Of a DNA stretch of 64,000 bases, positions 53,690-64,000 are shown piece after piece. A program made the translations under genes and the position numbers. Every line of letters begins with the position of its first letter. The first letter of the stretch is position 1. The stretch comes from a virus. Its lineage: Duplodnaviria > Heunggongvirae > Uroviricota > Caudoviricetes. The notes under the pieces were generated by a model, which saw nothing but the letters and a program-made list of their open reading frames with translations, made no database searches and was not told the origin of the DNA. The stretch is taken from IMG/VR virus record IMGVR_UViG_3300005512_000002, positions 129,656 through 193,655 of that record, one strand, 5' to 3'.

Positions 53690-56600
53690 TCGAAGTTCAA
53701 ACCCAAGGCGTCAACACGCTCAGTCTTCAGGGCCGCTGCCTGATGGACACGCCGATGCACCAATCCAGCATCACCCTGCACCCGGCCGGCTGGAGCGTCC
53801 GGCTGGTGCTGGCCGGGCTGCACGATCGGCTGCAGGTGCGTGAATGTCTGGAAGCCCAGAACCTCACCCGCCTAGCAGTGTTGACCACCATCCGCCAGAT
53901 GCTCGACGAGCACGATCTGGACGAGCCGATCCATAATCTTGATCTGAACAAGTACATGGACGCCATCGAACGGATCTTCCCGGCCTACGCCCAGAACGCC
54001 CGCGTAACGGCCGCGGCACAGCCGCCGCTGGTCTCCCCGGCCCAGCCGCCGCTGGTCGTCAAGTTCGTGAAACCAACCACCCTGCGGGCGGGTGATCTGG
54101 TGGTCACCCCCGAGGGCAACCACGGCCTGGCCTTGGACACCATGGTCACGGGGTCCACGATGAAAGTCTCGGTGTTCCTGGACAACGGCCTGCAATGCCA
54201 GTATCACCTGGGCACGTTGCGACTGATCACCTTGCCGAATTCACCGGCCCCGGCCAACTTCGCCGAACTGCTGGATCAGCACAACCTGCACACCCGCTGC
54301 GGCGTGACCTACGCCGGCCAGCCCAACACCTCACAGAAGAAGAACCCCAATGACTGAGCCACAAACCCCCGCCAAGCAACCGCACTGGAGCGAGCAGGCC
54401 GTCGCCGCCCTGATCTCTCACGTCCAGGCCCACCCGCAGAAGCCCAAGGACGTGCCAGGCACGTTTCTCGGCATCGTCCGTCGGGCATGGTGCCCGGGCC
54501 AGATCGCCAAGATCGAGATCTCGGACCTGGTGTTCACCCGCACCGAGATCGTGCCGTTCCAGCCCCACGGCGAGCACCAGGGCGGCTTCGTGCTGCGCTG
54601 GGGCACCCAGGATATCGGCTTCGGCGAGATCACCTTCTTGAACCAGGCCGACAACACCGTCAAGGTCCACACCGAGTGCATGAGCCCGGCCTTCGTCCGC
54701 CGCGTTGTGGACGAACTGCTCCAGCACGCGGTGTATGATAACGAGTAACCCCATGGAAATAACCTGTGTGATCGTGCAGATCGAGAACCGGATCACCACC
54801 GTGGCCAGCTTCATCGACTCGACCCACGAAGCAGTCTACGAGCGGGGCAAGGCCCGCTACGTCAAACTGCTTGCCGCCCAGTTAGCCCGCATCGGGATCA
54901 GCCCCCGCGCGTTCATTGACCCGGACACCGACATGGCCGAGCTATTCAAGCGGACCGGCGTGGCCGTGGGCCAGTGGCACGACAAAAACTCCAAGACCCC
55001 GCACATGCGCAGCGTCATCGGGGGTACTCACGGCATGGTGCAGATCGACCTGCTGGACCCCTCGAACATCGACGTGGAAGTCAACCTGCCGGGCAACCCC
55101 CCCACCCCTTGATCCCCCGCGTAACGGCCGCGGCGCAGCCGCCGCCGATGCGGAGGCGCAAGCGAACTACAATCATGACCACCACCACCGAACAACAACA
55201 CCGCACCGAAGCCCAACTCACCAACGCCGTGCGCCTGCTGGGCGAACAACTGGCCGAGGTCGAGAAATACTTAACCGCCCTGGAGGCCACGGAAAACCCC
55301 ATCAGCTTCGACCTGCCCGACCACGGTGACATCCTCCAGGCCCTGCACCAGGCCGGCTACTGGAAGGACTTCCGCAAACCGTTCACCACCCTGCCGGGTG
55401 AGAGCTTCTGGTTCCTGCCTGATTTGTGGGTAGTGGCCCTGGACATCACCGATATCTACGGCGGGGGCGACTTGAGCGTACTGGGCCCGGGCCACGAATG
55501 GATCGAACGCATCGAGGAGGTCCGGTTCTTTGACCGCACCCAGGTCACCCACCTGTGCAGCTTCGGTGGTACCTACTGGCTGCTGCACATCGAAGACCAG
55601 GCTGTTTTCAAGCCCGGGGTGCCAGAACAGGTCAAGGACGACATCGACGTAGCCATACAGGGCCCATCCAGTCGCACGCCCGACGACTATTTCAACCAGG
55701 ACGAGATCGACGCCTTGCTTGAGGAGCACCAGAAGAACAACTCCGCCCGCGTCCACCACATCGGCCCCCCGGGGATAGACATCTCCCAGATGGACGGCGA
55801 GGCCGACTGTGACCGGTACAACACCATGATGGACGAACTGCGCCAAGCCTACCGCGAGAACCCGGTGCTATGAGCACGCCCGAACAATACCGCAAGCAAC
55901 TGAACAAGCTGCCCGACCCGAGCAAGAAAACCCTGGCCCTGGGCGCCGAGTACGCCTGCATCTTTCAGTACCTGGCCGAGAGCTACACGGACTGCCCACC
56001 GGGCGGCGAGCACGTCGAAATGACCGACATCCTCGACGAGTTCGAGGAAGTGATCCACGGCATCCGCAAGATCGCGGAACTACCCCCAAGCGATCTGGTC
56101 AAGGCCCTGCAGGTGATGGTGCTGGACAAGAAGCACCGGATGTACCTGCACATCAACGATCCCAAGGCCATGGAGCAGGTCGAGCAGGCTTTGCAAGCCG
56201 TCGGGGCCCAGCATAAGCCCGAGATCCAGAACTGTGCCATGCCCGGCATGGACCTGCGTATCCCCATCATCGCCGCCCTACAGCACGCCGCCAAGAGCTT
56301 TCACCATCCCGAGTGCGACCGGAAGTACAACGACGGCCAGCACTGCTCGTGCCACGTGGCCAAGGCCCAGCACGCCCTCGTGCTCATGGGCCTGAGAAGC
56401 GGCCCTGTTCTGGAGATGCGCGAGTCATGAGAAAGCTCACCGACCCCGAGATCCTGGCGGCCCAGAAGATCCTGCAGAAATACCTGGCCGTGCCGCCGGT
56501 CACCGAGATCGAACGGCAGGCCCACTACGTCGCCAACCGTCTGCGTGAGCCCGTGCCGTGCCCACTGTGTTCGCAGCCCTGCCCGCCCTATTTGGCCCAC

Positions 56601-59600
56601 GTGGCCTGGCAGATGGCCGATCAGCCCCTCACGCGGGACATGGTGCTCGACCAACTGACTGGTCACACGCCCGACGACGACCACACCTGCCCGCACTGCG
56701 GCGCGGGCTTGCTGCACATCCTGACCATCCAGGGCCAGCAACTCTGGAGTATCCGACCATGACCCATGCCAGCGCCATGACCGTGCCCGAACTGCTTGAC
56801 ACGCTGCTGGAGAAGCTCGCCGAATACCGCCAGGCCGGGTCCGCCGGCATCAGCTTCTCGGTGATCACCGACTACGACGACGTGGTCACCGTGGGCGACA
56901 CGGTGGACGAGCTTGTCCGCCGCACTAACCAGATCCCGCTCAAGACCCTGCTGGCCGCCAGCCACGCCGGAGACTGACCTGCATGACCGCCAAACTCCCC
57001 CAAGTCCAGACCGACACGCTCGCCCTGCTCGCCGAGCAGCTTGCCGCCGTCAAGCAGCTTCTGGAAAAGCGGGCCCAGACCCTGGCCGAGCAGGATTTAC
57101 CCCTGTCGCCCATCGAGGAACTGGGTGTGCCCAACAACCTGCGCGAAGCGAGCTTGAGACTCGGCTACGCCATCCGCTGTCTGGATCACGACGGCGAGCA
57201 CCTGGAACTCTGGGGCAACGATGGCGAGCCGGGTGCCCCGGACACCCACCCGCGTCGCGGGCCCTACGTCCCGGATGATCGGTTCCACGCCATTCCCCGC
57301 ATGCTCAACGAATGGAAGCCATGAACACCCCCGAAAACACCCCCGAACACCCCCGCGTATTATTCAAGTTCAACCACGCCAACGAGTGGCTGGAGCACAA
57401 GATCCAGGACCACGAGATGAACAAGGACCCGCGCGAGGGCCGGCAGGCCCTGGCCGGCATGCTGCGATCGGTCGCCACCATCCTCGACGGTGACCAGGTC
57501 CAGGACATCTTCCAGCAGGAGATGGACGCCGACGGCTTCTTCAACCCCACCTACGTCGATCAGTACGGTGACCAGGTGCCCAACGACCTGGTCCTGCTGC
57601 CGGACTACGACGACCTGGACGACGAGGAGGTGAAGACCGTCCTGACCGCCAACTGGTACCAGCCCGAGGGCCGGCACGGGTGCCTCATGGCCTCGGCCCG
57701 GGACCTGGGCGATCTCAGCGAACTCGATCCGGCCGACGCCGACGTGGACCTGACCCACGCCGACACCCGCATCGACCGCGTGGATAACTGCCTGAAGCGC
57801 GGCAACCCCCAAGACGGGTTCTATCACGCATGACCCGCCAACAGCACCGCCACGTGGCCGCCGGGATTCTGACCCAGACGGTCCAGCCCGAGCACTGCTG
57901 CGACAGCACGCAGACCTATGCCCGAGGGTATCTGGACGCCTGCCGCGACGCCGCAATCATCACCCTGGCCGAACACGAAGCAGCCTTGAGCTTCCTGTTC
58001 CAGGACACGGTCCCCCAACACCTCGAACACTGGTGGAAGAACACCCGATGAACACCACAACCTACTGCCGAACCGTCGGCCGGGCCATCGCCACCCTGGA
58101 CAAGGGCAGCTTCGCCCGACCCGACGAGAACAAGAACCGCGACGGCCAGGACTGGATCACCGCTCGCAACCTGCTGTTTGGGATTCTCAAGCGCAACGGC
58201 TATGAGTTCTGCCAGCCCGACAGTTCGCGCATTAAGAAAACCCGCAAGGTCCAGCCCCCGGAACCCCCGGAAGCCATCGAGCCGGGCGTCACCATCGACA
58301 TCGCCGAGCAGGTCCGCTTCCAGAGCGACATGCCCGACGTGCTGCGCCGGGTGGCCGACCTGGTGGACCAGGGCTACACCAGCGGCATCGACCCGACCTG
58401 GAGCCTCCAGGGCGAAGACGCCTTCGACCCCGCGACGGGTAAACGCTGCCTGGACTGCAACGCCCTGAACCCGCCCGAGGCCAAGACCTGCGAAGACTGC
58501 GGGTCCGAGGAGTTCGAGCACCATGACGACGACGACAGCAACCAAAGCACCTCTGATTGAACTGACCACCTGCCGCCGGCTGTTCGGTGGGCCGGGCACC
58601 CAGGAAGCGATCAACCGCCACAGCGTCCGATATTACCGCTTCAAGGGTCGCCTGCTCCACCTGGATCGCAACCTGTCCATCTCACCGCCCTGCTTCCGCC
58701 TCAGCCGCATTCCCAAACCCATGAGCCACGCGATGCAGATTGCCCAGACCGTGCAGGTCGAGGGTGCCGAATACTTTGCCAACGGCGAACCCTGGGCCCG
58801 GGCCGAACGGGCCGTCCAGCAAGCCCTGCACGCCGGCGAGATCCGACGAGACGCCAGTGGCGATGACCCGTTCATCCTCAAGGGCTGTCTGGGCTAAACT
58901 TCCGAGGTCCAGGGGCCGATACGGGTGGTATGGAACGCATCAAAGAGTTCGTCCAGGCGTGGGGGCCCACGGTGTTGTGCCTGCTGGCCTGCCTGCTGCT
59001 GGCGTATATTCTCTGGGACCAGCAGCACAGCCGGATTACGGCCCGCCAGGTGGCACCGCCACCTGGGATCAGGGGGCTGAACCCGGCCGATGCGCCGCCG
59101 AGTCTGTGCCCTCGGCACCGCTGGCTGCGACCTACGCCACAGCCGGCCGGTGACGGCGTGTGACCGAGCCAACAACTTCCCCTGGCCGGCCAGTCACCCG
59201 CCCACACGACCCCCCGACCCGCACGCCCGACCTGCACCTCCCCGCAGGCGGGCGTGCTCTATTATCTACCATGACCCGACCAAGCAAAACCCACGCCTGG
59301 GACCACGTCTGGCAGGACACTCAATCCGCCCATTGGCTCAGCCATCAGGAACCGGCCCCCAGCGACCACCACCGCGAAGTGGCCGACGCCCTGGGCCAAC
59401 TCTCGCGGCGCCAGGATCTCACCATCGAGGTCATTCACCTCGTCGGCGAGGCGGTACACTATGCCTACGAGGCCGGCCGCTTCGACGCACTGAAATAAAG
59501 GACACCAAGAACATGGACGCACAGCGCATGCTCGACCTGGATCGCATGGTCCGCCGCCTGCAGGATGCGGCGGGTGTGTTCGCCCAGACCACCAACTGTC

Positions 59601-60257
59601 TGGCCGAGATCGAAGCAATGAAGGTGGCCAACGCCGAACGGCAGGCCAACGGCCATGCCGCCGCCTACCACGAAGAATCTTTCCGGGCCCTGCCGGCCCA
59701 GTACGGCATCACGCAGGACGCCGTGCACCACTGGCTGTTCCAGGACTGACAGGAGCCGCCATGAAGATCATCGTCCGCCGCGAGCCGGCCCGGGTGCTGA
59801 TGCTGCCCTACCCCACACCCAGCGGGTTCGGCGGACCCGGGGTGGTCATCCCGGTGGCGCAATACACCTTCAGCCACGCCTACGGCTTGCAGGTCATCGT
59901 CACCCGGCCACCGTGGCACGAGATGCTGACCCTGGACGCACGCGGCGAAGTGTTCAGCCCCGACCAGATCACCGACATCCTCACCGAAATGCGCCACGCG
60001 GGGGTCGAGCCCACCGACGAGCAGGTCACCGTGCACCGCCCCGCCGGCCAGTTCGGCTGGCCCGAGCCCCCGGAGACCTAGCCCCCGGAGACCTAGCCCC
60101 ATGCGTAACGGTCGCGGTGCAGCCGCACCGGCCCCCGCCCCCGGAAGCCCAATCCGGACAGTCCGGCACCTGCCCGCTGGCCCTGTCGGGATTGAGGGGT
60201 ATAATACCTAACGGTGCATTGCTGAAAACAAAAACCCCTTTTATGCAACTGGAAGAC

Positions 60258-60815
60258 ATGCCAATGGCAAGCACAAAGACCAAGACCCAGCAACGGGGCC
60301 GACGTGGCCCACGCAAGCGACTGCCCTGGAAACGTGAACTCTGGTACGTCAAGCCCGGCCACCAGGTGACCGACGCCCACCTGCACTCGGCCCGCATCGA
60401 CCGCGAGGCCAAGGCGGCCAAGCTGGCCAAGGCCCAGGCGGCCTACGACGAGGCCCTGGCCTACGAGACGGAAATCGCCCGGGTGGGCAAGCTGCAGAAG
60501 ACCAGGGGCTTCCAGGCCCTGATCGCCAAACTGCAGCGGGCGGCCGAGCAGCGGCATCGCTTGAAAGCCCACATCGCCCAGAAGACCAACAAGATCGAAC
60601 GGCTCACCAGCGAGCAGCAGGCCGAGGCCCGCAAGATGGACCACCTGCGCAGCCGCCTGGACGCCGACGGCCAACTGCCCCAGGAAAAGAGCGTGGCCGG
60701 CCAGCTTGCCGACATGGTGAGCAAGGCCCCGCCCGTGCAGACCCAGATCCCCCACGAACCCAGCGCCCGTGAGCGCCATCGCCAGCGGTCCACCACCCCC
60801 GCCGGCAAGGAGTAA
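60258..60815 (+). CDS. basic coiled-coil hypothetical protein
   Basis: ORF follows a TATAAT at 60200 and is coupled to the ruvB-like gene. Confidence 0.65.
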   Translation: MPMASTKTKTQQRGRRGPRKRLPWKRELWYVKPGHQVTDAHLHSARIDREAKAAKLAKAQAAYDEALAYETEIARVGKLQKTRGFQALIAKLQRAAEQRHRLKAHIAQKTNKIERLTSEQQAEARKMDHLRSRLDADGQLPQEKSVAGQLADMVSKAPPVQTQIPHEPSARERHRQRSTTPAGKE

Positions 60816-60817
60816 CC

Positions 60818-62086
60818 ATGCCCGGCGCCTTGGATATGAACTTCGACCCGCCCCTCCCCGGCAGCCAGAACCTGACCGAACAGTCCTGCCAGCCCGAGAG
60901 TCTGACCGAGTTCATCGGCCAGAGCACGCTCATCCGCCAGCTTGTCCCCGAAGTCAAAGCCGCCATCGCGGAAGGAAGGTCCGTACAGTCGTGTTGTCTT
61001 TACGGCCCAGCAGGCACGGGTAAGTCAACTTTAGCCCGCGCTATCGCCCTGGCACGCGGCGTGGATCTGATCATTCTGCAAGGCTCCAAGCTGCAAAAGG
61101 CGGATCTCGATCGCGTGTTTCGACTTAGGCCAGGCAACAACCCGGACCCCACCGCCGAAGTGTCCATGGCCGGGTACAAGCCGATATTCTGGCGCTACGC
61201 ACACGAACCGGAGTCTGTGAAACGCCGCACCTGGGAGCCCGACGGCACACCCAAGCGACCCAGTGTGATTTTGATCGAAGAAGTCGAAGCCATGGCTCAG
61301 GGGTCGCGGCTGGCTCAGAACCTGCAAGACGTGCTGTCTCCCGACGAGCACGGCAAACGCTACTACCAGTCGTCCGACGGCTCGCGCAGCGTGGACATTT
61401 TCTGCCCCGACGTGTCCGTTGTGCTCACGACCAATTACATGGAGAAGCTGCTGCGAATTGCTCAGCCGCTGGTGTCACGCTGCGCCATTCGCTACCGGTT
61501 CAACCTCTACACCCTGGATGAACTGGTGACCATTCTGATGCAGTTCGCTCGCAAGAACGACCTGATCCTGGAGCCCGACGCCGCCAAGCGAGTCGCCGAG
61601 TTCGCCCGGGGCACGCCCCGCCAGGCCCTGCACCTGCTGCGGGCCGCCCGCAACATCCTGGCTGCCGACCTGGGGCGCGACGCGGCACAATACCCGATCA
61701 CCGCCAATCACGTCGAGCAATCGTTCGCGTTCGCCGGATTGGACGGACGCGGACTCAATGAGATTGAGCAGACCTATTTGGTCATCCTGCTACAAGCCAA
61801 TGACGACCGGAAATTGAGCCTGCCCAGTCTGGCCACACATATGGGTGAAGGGCCGCGCACCGTCTCGGAAGTCATCGAGCCGGACCTGATGCGCATGGGC
61901 CTGGTCACCGTCTGTCAGGGCCAGGGCCGACAGTTGACCCGCGAGGGTGTTTTGCACGCGGAACGAATCATCAGTGCCGGCGAACTGGACCACCCGTTTG
62001 TCCAGGTCGCCGCTCAGCAGCAGAACCTGCGGGTCCAGCAACGATTCCCCGGGCACCACGCGATCAACATCATCAAGGGAGAGTAA
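60818..62086 (+). CDS. ruvB: RuvB-like Holliday junction branch-migration AAA+ ATPase (divergent)
   Basis: EFIGQ, LYGPAGTGKSTLA, LIEEV, PLVSRC, ARGTPRQA..LL, and C-terminal EVIEPDLMRMGLV...GRQLT winged helix. Confidence 0.85.
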   Translation: MPGALDMNFDPPLPGSQNLTEQSCQPESLTEFIGQSTLIRQLVPEVKAAIAEGRSVQSCCLYGPAGTGKSTLARAIALARGVDLIILQGSKLQKADLDRVFRLRPGNNPDPTAEVSMAGYKPIFWRYAHEPESVKRRTWEPDGTPKRPSVILIEEVEAMAQGSRLAQNLQDVLSPDEHGKRYYQSSDGSRSVDIFCPDVSVVLTTNYMEKLLRIAQPLVSRCAIRYRFNLYTLDELVTILMQFARKNDLILEPDAAKRVAEFARGTPRQALHLLRAARNILAADLGRDAAQYPITANHVEQSFAFAGLDGRGLNEIEQTYLVILLQANDDRKLSLPSLATHMGEGPRTVSEVIEPDLMRMGLVTVCQGQGRQLTREGVLHAERIISAGELDHPFVQVAAQQQNLRVQQRFPGHHAINIIKGE

Positions 62087-62092
62087 CCCACC

Positions 62093-63916
62093 ATGAGCCA
62101 CCTTCACAACCTGCCCCAGCACATCGCCGACAGTTGGTTAGCAGGCTTCACCTCCCGCTATTACGTGGGGGCCGAGCCGCTGCAGTACCAGATGGCCGCC
62201 ACCAAGGCCCGCCAGATCATCCACGACCAGTGCGCCGAGAACCCGCGCGTCGTGTTCTGGAACCGGGTCTCGGGGTTCTACTGCGGCATGCCCAGTTCCC
62301 TGCCGCCCAAGATCCCCGTGTTCAACGAACTGCGGGTGGCCGCCCAGGCCATGCTCCTGGGCCTGCCCGAGATCATGGCCGCCCAGGAAGACGGCCGGCT
62401 GCCCAAGTTCCCCACCGACGCCAAGGCCTTCGACGCCGGACTCTGGCCCTTCCACCCGGCCCAGGACATCATCTTCGTGGTCCACGAGATCGACGCGGTG
62501 CTCGATGAGATGCGCAACAACTGCCAACTCACCACCGTGCTGCGCAACTACATCAACACCCAGGACAACAACCGCAAGCCGCTGCTCGATGAGTACGACC
62601 AGCCAGTCCAGATCGACGGGGAGGCACAGGTCATGCGCGGCAAGCGGCTGCTGGTGCTGCTGGGCACCCGCACCGAGCCGCTGACGTTCTTCCCGGAACT
62701 CAAGTGCTACACCGTGGCCCTGCCCGGCCGCGAGGCCACCGAAAGGGCCATCCACAACTGCTTTGGAGCCTGGGTCGAGCAGGATAAGATCGAACCCCTG
62801 ACCGACGCCCAGATCGAGGCGATCGACAATGCCTGCCGGGGCATGCCGGCCACCGAACGCGACGACGCGGTCAGCCTGGCCCAGCAGAAGCAGCGGGCCG
62901 AGATCCTCACCGCCCGCACCATCCCCGACCTGCCGGAGTTCGTCGCCGCCATCGAGAGCGAGAAGGCCCGCTACGCCTCCAGTATCCCGGGCCTGGAATA
63001 CGTCAGCAAGGACTCGCTGCCGACCAACAACCTGCCCGGCTACGACCTGGTGGACGAGTTCATCGAGAGCGTCGTGCAGATCGACCCGGCCCGGGCCCGG
63101 GCCCACAACCTGCCGGCCATGCGCGGTCTGCTGCTGATCGGGCCGCAAGGCACAGGCAAAACCGAGTTCGCCCGCACCGTGGCCCGCAAGTGCAACCGCA
63201 TGATGGTCCGCATCTCGGCCGGTGAGATCCAAGGCTCGCTGGTCGGCCAGACCGAAGCCCAGGCCCGCAAGGTCATCGACTTCTGCAAGGCCCAGGCCCC
63301 GGTGGCCTTCCTGGACGAGGCCGACAAGCTGGGTGCCAACGTCGTGTCCCAGGGCCGCTCGGGCGACAGCGGCACCAGCAGCCGCATGTTCGGCATGTTC
63401 CTGGAAGCCATGACCGATCCCGGCAACCAGACCATCTGGATCTTGGCCGCCAACAACCTGGTGGGCGAGGACGGCAGTCTCATGCTGCCCGGGCCGCTCT
63501 TGCGTAAAGGTCGGCTCGATGAACTCTACTTCGTGGACCTGCCCGACGCACCGGTCCGCGAAGCCATCCTGCAGGTGCACACACAACGGCTGAACATCAC
63601 CGCCCATCACGACCTGTTGACCCTGGCCGCCCGGGCCACCGAAAAGTGGACCGGGGCGGAACTGGCCGACCTGGTGGTACGGGCCACCCGCCACGCCGTC
63701 AAGTGTGAGTCCGACACCCTCGATACCGACTTCGTGATGACCCGCATCAGGAACACCACCCCCCAATTCGCCCAGGACGCCTTCATCGTCGAACTCGACC
63801 GCAACCGCAAGGCCTGCCACGACTTCGTGGTGGTGGGCCGAACCCCTGACCCGTCCCCGCGTCCCGCCCCCGCCAGTGCCCCCCCCCCGCCACAATACCT
63901 CGCCACTCTCAGGTAG
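62093..63916 (+). CDS. Ycf46-like AAA+ ATPase (the C-terminus may be chimeric)
   Basis: GLLLIGPQGTGKT, GSLVGQTE, FLDEADK, GDSGTSSRMFG and LLRKGRLDELYFVDLP. Confidence 0.85.
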   Translation: MSHLHNLPQHIADSWLAGFTSRYYVGAEPLQYQMAATKARQIIHDQCAENPRVVFWNRVSGFYCGMPSSLPPKIPVFNELRVAAQAMLLGLPEIMAAQEDGRLPKFPTDAKAFDAGLWPFHPAQDIIFVVHEIDAVLDEMRNNCQLTTVLRNYINTQDNNRKPLLDEYDQPVQIDGEAQVMRGKRLLVLLGTRTEPLTFFPELKCYTVALPGREATERAIHNCFGAWVEQDKIEPLTDAQIEAIDNACRGMPATERDDAVSLAQQKQRAEILTARTIPDLPEFVAAIESEKARYASSIPGLEYVSKDSLPTNNLPGYDLVDEFIESVVQIDPARARAHNLPAMRGLLLIGPQGTGKTEFARTVARKCNRMMVRISAGEIQGSLVGQTEAQARKVIDFCKAQAPVAFLDEADKLGANVVSQGRSGDSGTSSRMFGMFLEAMTDPGNQTIWILAANNLVGEDGSLMLPGPLLRKGRLDELYFVDLPDAPVREAILQVHTQRLNITAHHDLLTLAARATEKWTGAELADLVVRATRHAVKCESDTLDTDFVMTRIRNTTPQFAQDAFIVELDRNRKACHDFVVVGRTPDPSPRPAPASAPPPPQYLATLR

Positions 63917-64000
63917 CGCCAGACCCGTGAGAATTCGCAGCAGGCTGGTTTTGCCGCTTCCATTCTTGCCCTCAACCAGCAATATCTGCCCTTCCCCCAG
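63885..64000 (-). pseudogene. ccmA: fragment of a CcmA-like heme-export ABC ATPase abutting the phage sequence
   Basis: The minus strand reads LGEGQILLVEGKNGSGKTSLLRILTGLALPESGEVLWRG. Similarity stops at a poly-C run and GC content is lower. Confidence 0.65.

Larger units (their letters stand above)
32529..60081 (+). other. array of ~55 co-directional, tightly coupled small 'early' genes, mostly hypothetical
   Basis: Contiguous ORFs joined by ATGA/GTGA overlaps or TAA(C)nATG spacers, e.g. 32529-32861, 32839-33093, 33175-33714, 33720-34088, 34324-34809, 34814-35437, 35434-36009, 36687-37427, 37424-37765, 37772-38113, 38110-38427, 38424-39041, 39231-39671, 39898-40305, 40302-41234, 41239-42333, 42355-42903, 43373-44251, 45068-45694, 46481-46720, 46717-47205, 47209-47712, 50113-50700, 50708-51163, 51165-52013, 53686-54357, 54350-54748, 54753-55112, 55175-55873, 55870-56430, 56427-56762, 56983-57324, 57321-57833, 58048-58560, 58523-58897, 59513-59749 and 59761-60081. 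Confidence 0.8.

Noticed and set aside
39827-60126. CRISPR array or integron attC interpretation of the dispersed repeats
   Set aside because: Repeats are kilobases apart with no spacer periodicity, no cas gene or integron integrase is visible, and there is no one-site-per-gene pattern or GTTRRRY/RYYYAAC ends.
62138-63982. 614-aa minus-strand ORF starting with an ABC Walker A
   Set aside because: Only the first ~33 aa are CcmA-like; the rest is antisense to the AAA gene.
1-64000. Stop-codon reassignment
   Set aside because: Genes tile densely with the standard code, and TAA, TAG and TGA all end genes at coupled junctions.

Overview
This window is a 64-kb segment of a large, GC-rich tailed dsDNA phage that probably also exists as a plasmid-like prophage. 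The left arm (1 to ~26.7 kb, mostly minus strand) carries tail-fibre-like genes, major capsid, scaffold, protease-like, portal and terminase genes, three large virion-type genes, a sigma-70 factor, an HD hydrolase and a CX5R phosphatase. A Rep-like/repeat array/ParA/partner/PEP-CTERM cassette interrupts the head genes. Transcription diverges at ~26.7-27.0 kb. Next comes a ~1.8-kb hairpin-dense, partly non-coding region with many C-GNA-G triloops, then a dif-like site and palindromic operators. The right arm (~31-63.9 kb, plus strand) is a tightly coupled array of ~60 mostly small unknown genes, plus two adenine MTases, a NotI-family nuclease, a RuvB-like ATPase and a Ycf46-like ATPase. Two dispersed DNA signals are not explained by the genes: ~40 copies of CCCCGGAAG concentrated at gene ends and domain linkers, and six co-oriented copies of a TAACGGYYGCGGC-GNA-GCCGC hairpin element. 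Several markers suggest a Planctomycetota host. The last ~115 bp look like an unrelated ccmA fragment. All calls come from reading the sequence by eye; no searches were run.
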